Shown: one piece after another, positions 59,185 through 64,000 of the stretch | How positions within the stretch are numbered: the first letter of the stretch is position 1 | How the letters are laid out: each line of letters opens with the position of its first letter | From: Nemertoderma westbladi | Lineage: Eukaryota > Animalia > Xenacoelomorpha | Direction: 5' to 3' | DNA length: 64,000 nt | Assembly: GCA_032718475.1 (NCBI GenBank) | Contig: JAUCBJ010006254.1 | Span: 1-64,000 of the forward strand | Made by a program: the position numbers and the translations under genes | Notes under the pieces: generated by a model | What the model was told of the DNA's origin: nothing | Seen by the model: only the letters and a program-made list of their open reading frames with translations | The model's database searches: none

Positions 59185-62022
59185 CTATGCTACTATAATA
59201 TCTTGAATATAATAATAAAATCTGGTTAATATTGGCCAATAATCTGTAGCCATCCGAAACACTGAATTATCTTTGTTCAAAAATATTTTGAGCAACAAAT
59301 TGTACTGCCCGGGTAACGCAATACCTACAAAGTACACCACAGATTCGGTGGCGATATCTGAGGACGGATCGGGGTGGGATTCATCCGTATGGGATGTCTT
59401 GCCTACGAGGAAACGTCCCAGATGGGTCAGCACATTGGGTTCGCTTACACTCCGTCCGTAGGGAACCACACAGACCGACTCCATAGACTGACCGCCCTCG
59501 GTGGCACACTGCTCGGAATCCGCCTCGATCCACTGCCACAACTCGTGGAACACCTGCGCGAGACCGCCGCAGGAGGGCTCCGCCAACGGAAGGAAGAGAT
59601 CCGACAAGGAAACCGCGACGGGAGGCATCGAGAAGCAGACCGTAGTGCCGCGTCTACTAGTAGCCGTGCACGCGCAGGCTATCTGCACCGGGACGGGGTA
59701 CGGAAGAACCAGAGAGATTCCCAGAGGTACCGGCGACTCGGAGAACCTAACGCTCGAAATAACTCGATCGTCTACTCGGCAATCCTCCCTGGATAAAACG
59801 AACTTCAACTCGACGCCGAATAATATTTGGAATTCCTCAATTTCCTTAAATACCGGGTTAAAAATCAATTGGCAATTCAATTCAAATTCCATAAATAAAT
59901 TTGATTCCTTAACGAATCTAAGATAGGAAGAAAGAATTGGGCTTTTAAACTCGGAATTTTCTTCCATTACGTTTAATCGACTCAAATCATCAACTTTGTT
60001 ATCAACTTTATTTATAAATAACAAAGAATCTTTTAATATTTTAAATTTGTTTTCTATTTCTTTTGCGTCGCTTCCGAGTTCGTAAAGATTCCGGGACACG
60101 ACGTTTGAGATATCCTCGGAATCCGACGAAAATGCTGCGACTTTTGGGCGGGAAAGGAGGAATATCTGTTTGTGGCAGAACTCCGCGCGATCTCTGACGT
60201 CATGATCGGGCCATCGGGTCGCTATCCGGAGGAGGAGTCGGGAGACGTCGTCCATCACCGGAAGCAGCCGGTACAACCGGATGAGTACCCGGAAAACCCG
60301 CAGTAACCGGCAACCGGAAGACCAGTCGGAATCCGAGATGAATTGATCCGTTAAAACGCGACGGAAAAAATCCAAAACTAATTTAGGGGTAACTTGGGAG
60401 CTCTCTAAAGCGACAACAAAAGCATCTATATGAAAGGGGAATCCCAAAGCGAAATCATTAGAATTGAGAGACACAATGTAATTAATATTACTCTTAATTA
60501 ATTCGTTTGCGATTTTATGTTTATTGTTTTTCCTGAGACTCTGCATGAGATGTAAAGCAAAGGGCGTAAAGGTACAGTTGAGTCGCGGTAAGTATTTAAT
60601 TATCGTTAGAAAATCCTTGACTACATAGCGAGAGTCGGTGGATTCATCGCCACACAGAATGCACAACTCCTCGTACAAACTGCTGCTCATCCAACCGGCA
60701 ACTCCAGAACAAACAGCGGTGAATATAAGCGCCAAACATTTAAGCGTTTGTTTCATATACTCGGCGCTGTTATTCGAGTGCAAAGCGACGAATGTTTCGG
60801 CTAAGAACAAATTATCGTTTAAGCGAATAGTTTTGGGCAGAACGTCCGCATTGGCGACTATCCAGGCCCAGACTAGTCGTCTGTGTGCCGCGGACAGCTC
60901 CTGCTGGTTCGAGTAGGTCTGTAGGAAAGCCCAACTCGATTCCACGTTCAAACTGCTCCACGAGATGTCGATTAAACACAAGTTGATCGCGGTTTTCAGG
61001 AAGGCCAAGTTATCCGAGGTGGACGCCTCGCTCAGCAGAGCGTCGAATCGCGTGCTGGACATGTCCGGGACGAAACGAAGAAGCGAAGTTACGCAATCCA
61101 TAACGAAACATATTGTCTCCGTGTTGGAACTCACCAAGTTCTCATTTATTACGTGAACGATGTTTCTCAAGGGTTTTAAATTTAGCCCAGAAGGAAGAAT
61201 TTGGTTTGTTTTCGATTCTGATTGGAAGTTAATAATATCTTCGGTGAATTTCGAAAGTTTAAAATGTTTCGAGGAATCGGATCCACCTCGACTACTGGTC
61301 AATGCATCGAGGCTTTGTTGGACACGAGACGAGTTCCTAGAGGAATGGAATTCGAGGGAGAATTTTATCACGGAATGATTTAAAACGTCGGCCAATAAAG
61401 TAATCAGGTGTTGCAGAACAATACAGTCTTCCTCCTCAGCTATCAGTCGGCAAATAAATGATACTTGGGGCGTCAGTGTAGACGGGTACGTCTCCTCGAA
61501 ACGCCGTAAACAATGGGCAGCCGAGCGTCGTAACAAAACAATACCTTGTTTGGTGGTGTCAGTCTGTCCCAAAGTGTCCAACAAAATCTGTCCGAATTTC
61601 TGAAACACTTTAGGATTGCAACGTTTGCGACATATAATCACGTTGGTTATACAATAAATAAAACGCGAAATAAACTTAGAGACGGATTCCTGTTTGCCTA
61701 TACCAACACTACTGCTATCGGATCGTTTTGATAGTTGCTCAACGATTACATTAACGAAGTTCTCCAAAATTCGCTCAAAATCATCCCCCCCACGAATAAA
61801 AGTATCGTCCTCTTGAACGATTTCAATCAGTTCCGTTTTAACATCCACACTGACATGCCGAGAAACTATTCCCTGGACAACATCGGGAGCTCTGAGCTTG
61901 GTCGCGTCGGTTATTGGTGTAGCCAACCCCGCGCCAATGTCGCCATTTTGGGACCTCCGATGTGACGCGATCTTAGTCTGCCAACAAACGTCTGAATCTT
62001 TGTTTACAACGTCCATCAGCAT
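59185..62022 (-). CDS. AP5B1: AP-5 complex subunit beta-1, intronless (945 aa)
   Basis: Helical solenoid with AAHCLRRFEETYP and the adaptin-like DHDVRDRAEF motif. The C-terminal LPGQYNLLLKI...FRMATDYWPIL resembles the AP5B1 C-terminus. Confidence 0.8.
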   Translation of the reverse strand: MLMDVVNKDSDVCWQTKIASHRRSQNGDIGAGLATPITDATKLRAPDVVQGIVSRHVSVDVKTELIEIVQEDDTFIRGGDDFERILENFVNVIVEQLSKRSDSSSVGIGKQESVSKFISRFIYCITNVIICRKRCNPKVFQKFGQILLDTLGQTDTTKQGIVLLRRSAAHCLRRFEETYPSTLTPQVSFICRLIAEEEDCIVLQHLITLLADVLNHSVIKFSLEFHSSRNSSRVQQSLDALTSSRGGSDSSKHFKLSKFTEDIINFQSESKTNQILPSGLNLKPLRNIVHVINENLVSSNTETICFVMDCVTSLLRFVPDMSSTRFDALLSEASTSDNLAFLKTAINLCLIDISWSSLNVESSWAFLQTYSNQQELSAAHRRLVWAWIVANADVLPKTIRLNDNLFLAETFVALHSNNSAEYMKQTLKCLALIFTAVCSGVAGWMSSSLYEELCILCGDESTDSRYVVKDFLTIIKYLPRLNCTFTPFALHLMQSLRKNNKHKIANELIKSNINYIVSLNSNDFALGFPFHIDAFVVALESSQVTPKLVLDFFRRVLTDQFISDSDWSSGCRLLRVFRVLIRLYRLLPVMDDVSRLLLRIATRWPDHDVRDRAEFCHKQIFLLSRPKVAAFSSDSEDISNVVSRNLYELGSDAKEIENKFKILKDSLLFINKVDNKVDDLSRLNVMEENSEFKSPILSSYLRFVKESNLFMEFELNCQLIFNPVFKEIEEFQILFGVELKFVLSREDCRVDDRVISSVRFSESPVPLGISLVLPYPVPVQIACACTATSRRGTTVCFSMPPVAVSLSDLFLPLAEPSCGGLAQVFHELWQWIEADSEQCATEGGQSMESVCVVPYGRSVSEPNVLTHLGRFLVGKTSHTDESHPDPSSDIATESVVYFVGIALPGQYNLLLKIFLNKDNSVFRMATDYWPILTRFYYYIQDIIVA

Positions 62023-62675
62023 CGGTTTATAACTAACCGTGTAAATTCAATTATTTAGTTCAGCAGCAAATGGAGGGAACTGTAATCAAAATACATTGCA
62101 TACCATACCTGCGTTCATCTATTAGCAGCATACAGAGTAGGCCTACCGTAATCATAGTATAGACTGTGCTGTGCAGAAGGCTGGAAGGCCTAATGCAAAC
62201 TACAATGATAAGAATTATAACTTCCAGTTGTAAATAAGTACAGTAATACCGGTGTATATATTTAATTAATCCGCAACCAATTAAGGTCATTGGAACTATA
62301 TGATACTAGTAATGCACCGTACCCAAATAATTCTAATAATTTATTGCATTTTAATTAATTACTAACAATTTTTAATTCGACACAAATTTATATTTCACAA
62401 AAATTTTAAATCGCGCGTTTTTGGCTTCATTGATATATTGAGACAAATTGATCAGACCTACATTGCTACATTTAGAAGAAACAGTGAGTAATTAACGAAA
62501 CTTATACATAGAGGGAGAACTGTTTTATTGTAAACCTAAAAACTGTGCCCGAATATCAGAATAAGCATCACAACCTCATAAAAAGTGATATTCATCATCT
62601 ACCTCCTACCTAGAACAAAAAACGCAAACGATTATATCTGGAAATGTTGTACCATCTCCCAGATTCAATACTTAG

Positions 62676-62833
62676 CCGTCCGTCCGTCCGTCCGTCCGTC
62701 CGTCCGTCCGTCCGTCCGTCCGTCCGTCCGTCCGTCCGTCCGTCGTCCGTCCGCCGTCCGTCCGTCCGTCCGTCCGTCCGTCCGTCCGTCCGTCCGTCCG
62801 TCCGTCCGTCCGTCCGTCCGTCCGTCCGTCCGT
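62676..62833. repeat. (CCGT)n microsatellite
   Basis: About 38 tetranucleotide units with two interruptions. Confidence 0.97.
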
Positions 62834-62869
62834 TGCATAAGTTTATTAACATAAGTTTGTTAAGTGTAT

Positions 62870-63056
62870 CTGCTTTGGCCCGAATGCTTTAAGGAACTAC
62901 CCAGGGCATCTATGCCTTGCATCCTTAAATACTGTAGTATCTAAATGAGTATTGGAGTTTCCTTTGGGAGTTATAGTTCGGGGGGGACCGCACTGGAAGT
63001 CGTCAGACTTAGTGCGTAATCCCTGGCGTAACGGCCGAAGTAAACTTTACTTTACC
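62870..63056 (+). mobile_element. 5'-truncated SINE, same family as 22946-23128
   Basis: Shared cgaatgcttt...ccttgcatccttaaat...taacggccgaag.aaacttta. Confidence 0.7.
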
Positions 63057-64000
63057 TTGAAAAAATCATTGTACTTTTGCTGAAGGGGGGGGGGGGGGGC
63101 GTGGGGCATCACTTTTTATAGGCCAAATTTGTAGATTTTTTCTGCAGAATTTCATGGTGATTCCGAATATGTCAGTTATTACTTCTTATCATGTTTCGTT
63201 TTACAGATATGACGATTTTACTATTGTATGTTTTCAAAAAAATTAAAATGAACAATATTTAACTGAAAAAATGTGCGAGGTTCCCCTACCTAGACAAACA
63301 TCTGCAAACGTCTACCTCAATGATTGCGGCAATAGAAAAATCCTTTCTCCGCTCCCTTATCACCGAATTTTGGGCTTCCCTAATTTCGCTTCGCCTACAT
63401 AACACCTCAGAGTAGACTCCATTAAAGGCTTGCAGACCAACATACCTCTCGTACTGATCCTCTATATTTGGCGAGAGCTCTCTCCATATAGGCCACCCAG
63501 GCGTGTCAGCCTCAACTCAGGAATTCCATCCCAGACTTAACTGAAACACGGGAAAGGTGATGTTTTAGAGCGTTTTAGAACAGGAAAGGTGAGATTTCGA
63601 CGCAATCTAAATTCATCCTCCAGGGGAAAATTGAATTCAAATGACAGAATTCAAGTAACACCTGATTTTTCTTCAGCAACAAGTATCACATCGTGTGGGT
63701 AGTCCAGCTCCAGAAACAAGTTACTCCGTGTGAGGGGAGCCTATAATACTCATATCTCAGGAACTGTAATTAGTGTAATTATGATCCAAATTTTACAAGT
63801 TTATAAACATATTTCATTTGGAATCCTTGCAACTTATATTCGTCCTGTCGACACCCCTGCCATTTTATATACCTGTCATTTTTTAGTGTTTTTTAGTGCT
63901 TTTTTGATATTGATGAATGTTCTAGAATATTAGTAGATATGTTTTTTTTATGGTAGCCAGTGTTTTTTTTACTAGCTAGCATTTTTTGGAATTTAAAAAA

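Noticed and set aside
62585-62892. RPSV / RTDG repeat ORFs
   Set aside because: Translations of the (CCGT)n microsatellite. No DINE-1-like termini were found around it either.
63085-64000. Possible degenerate DNA transposon at the window end, with weak similarity to ~1080-1200
   Set aside because: No termini or transposase could be defined from the sequence.

Overview
AT-rich, repeat-dense animal genomic DNA, probably an invertebrate. Host genes are intron-poor: XRCC2, a two-exon EGF-like/LU-domain GPI-anchored protein, an ankyrin-SOCS box protein, TBC1D15/17 (two exons) and AP5B1. Mobile and repeat DNA dominates. There are seven copies of a ~1.27-kb non-autonomous rolling-circle (Helitron/Helentron-like) element, six piled up in one orientation at 11.6-20.1 kb and one of these nested in a 5'-truncated RTE-clade LINE. 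There are also tRNA-derived SINEs, MITEs, a tRNA-like Pol III unit with a hammerhead ribozyme core, and a ~15-kb 35-bp satellite. A young 12.4-kb BEL/Pao-type LTR element (27007-39432) sits inside the satellite. It keeps gag and protease but has lost RT and integrase, and it carries two accessory ORFs and structured RNA near its 3' end. Most notably, it has no tRNA primer-binding site: the 13 nt directly after the 5' LTR are the exact reverse complement of a 13-mer inside the LTR, the geometry of Tf1-type self-primed reverse transcription. All calls were made by eye; no database searches or folding computations were run.
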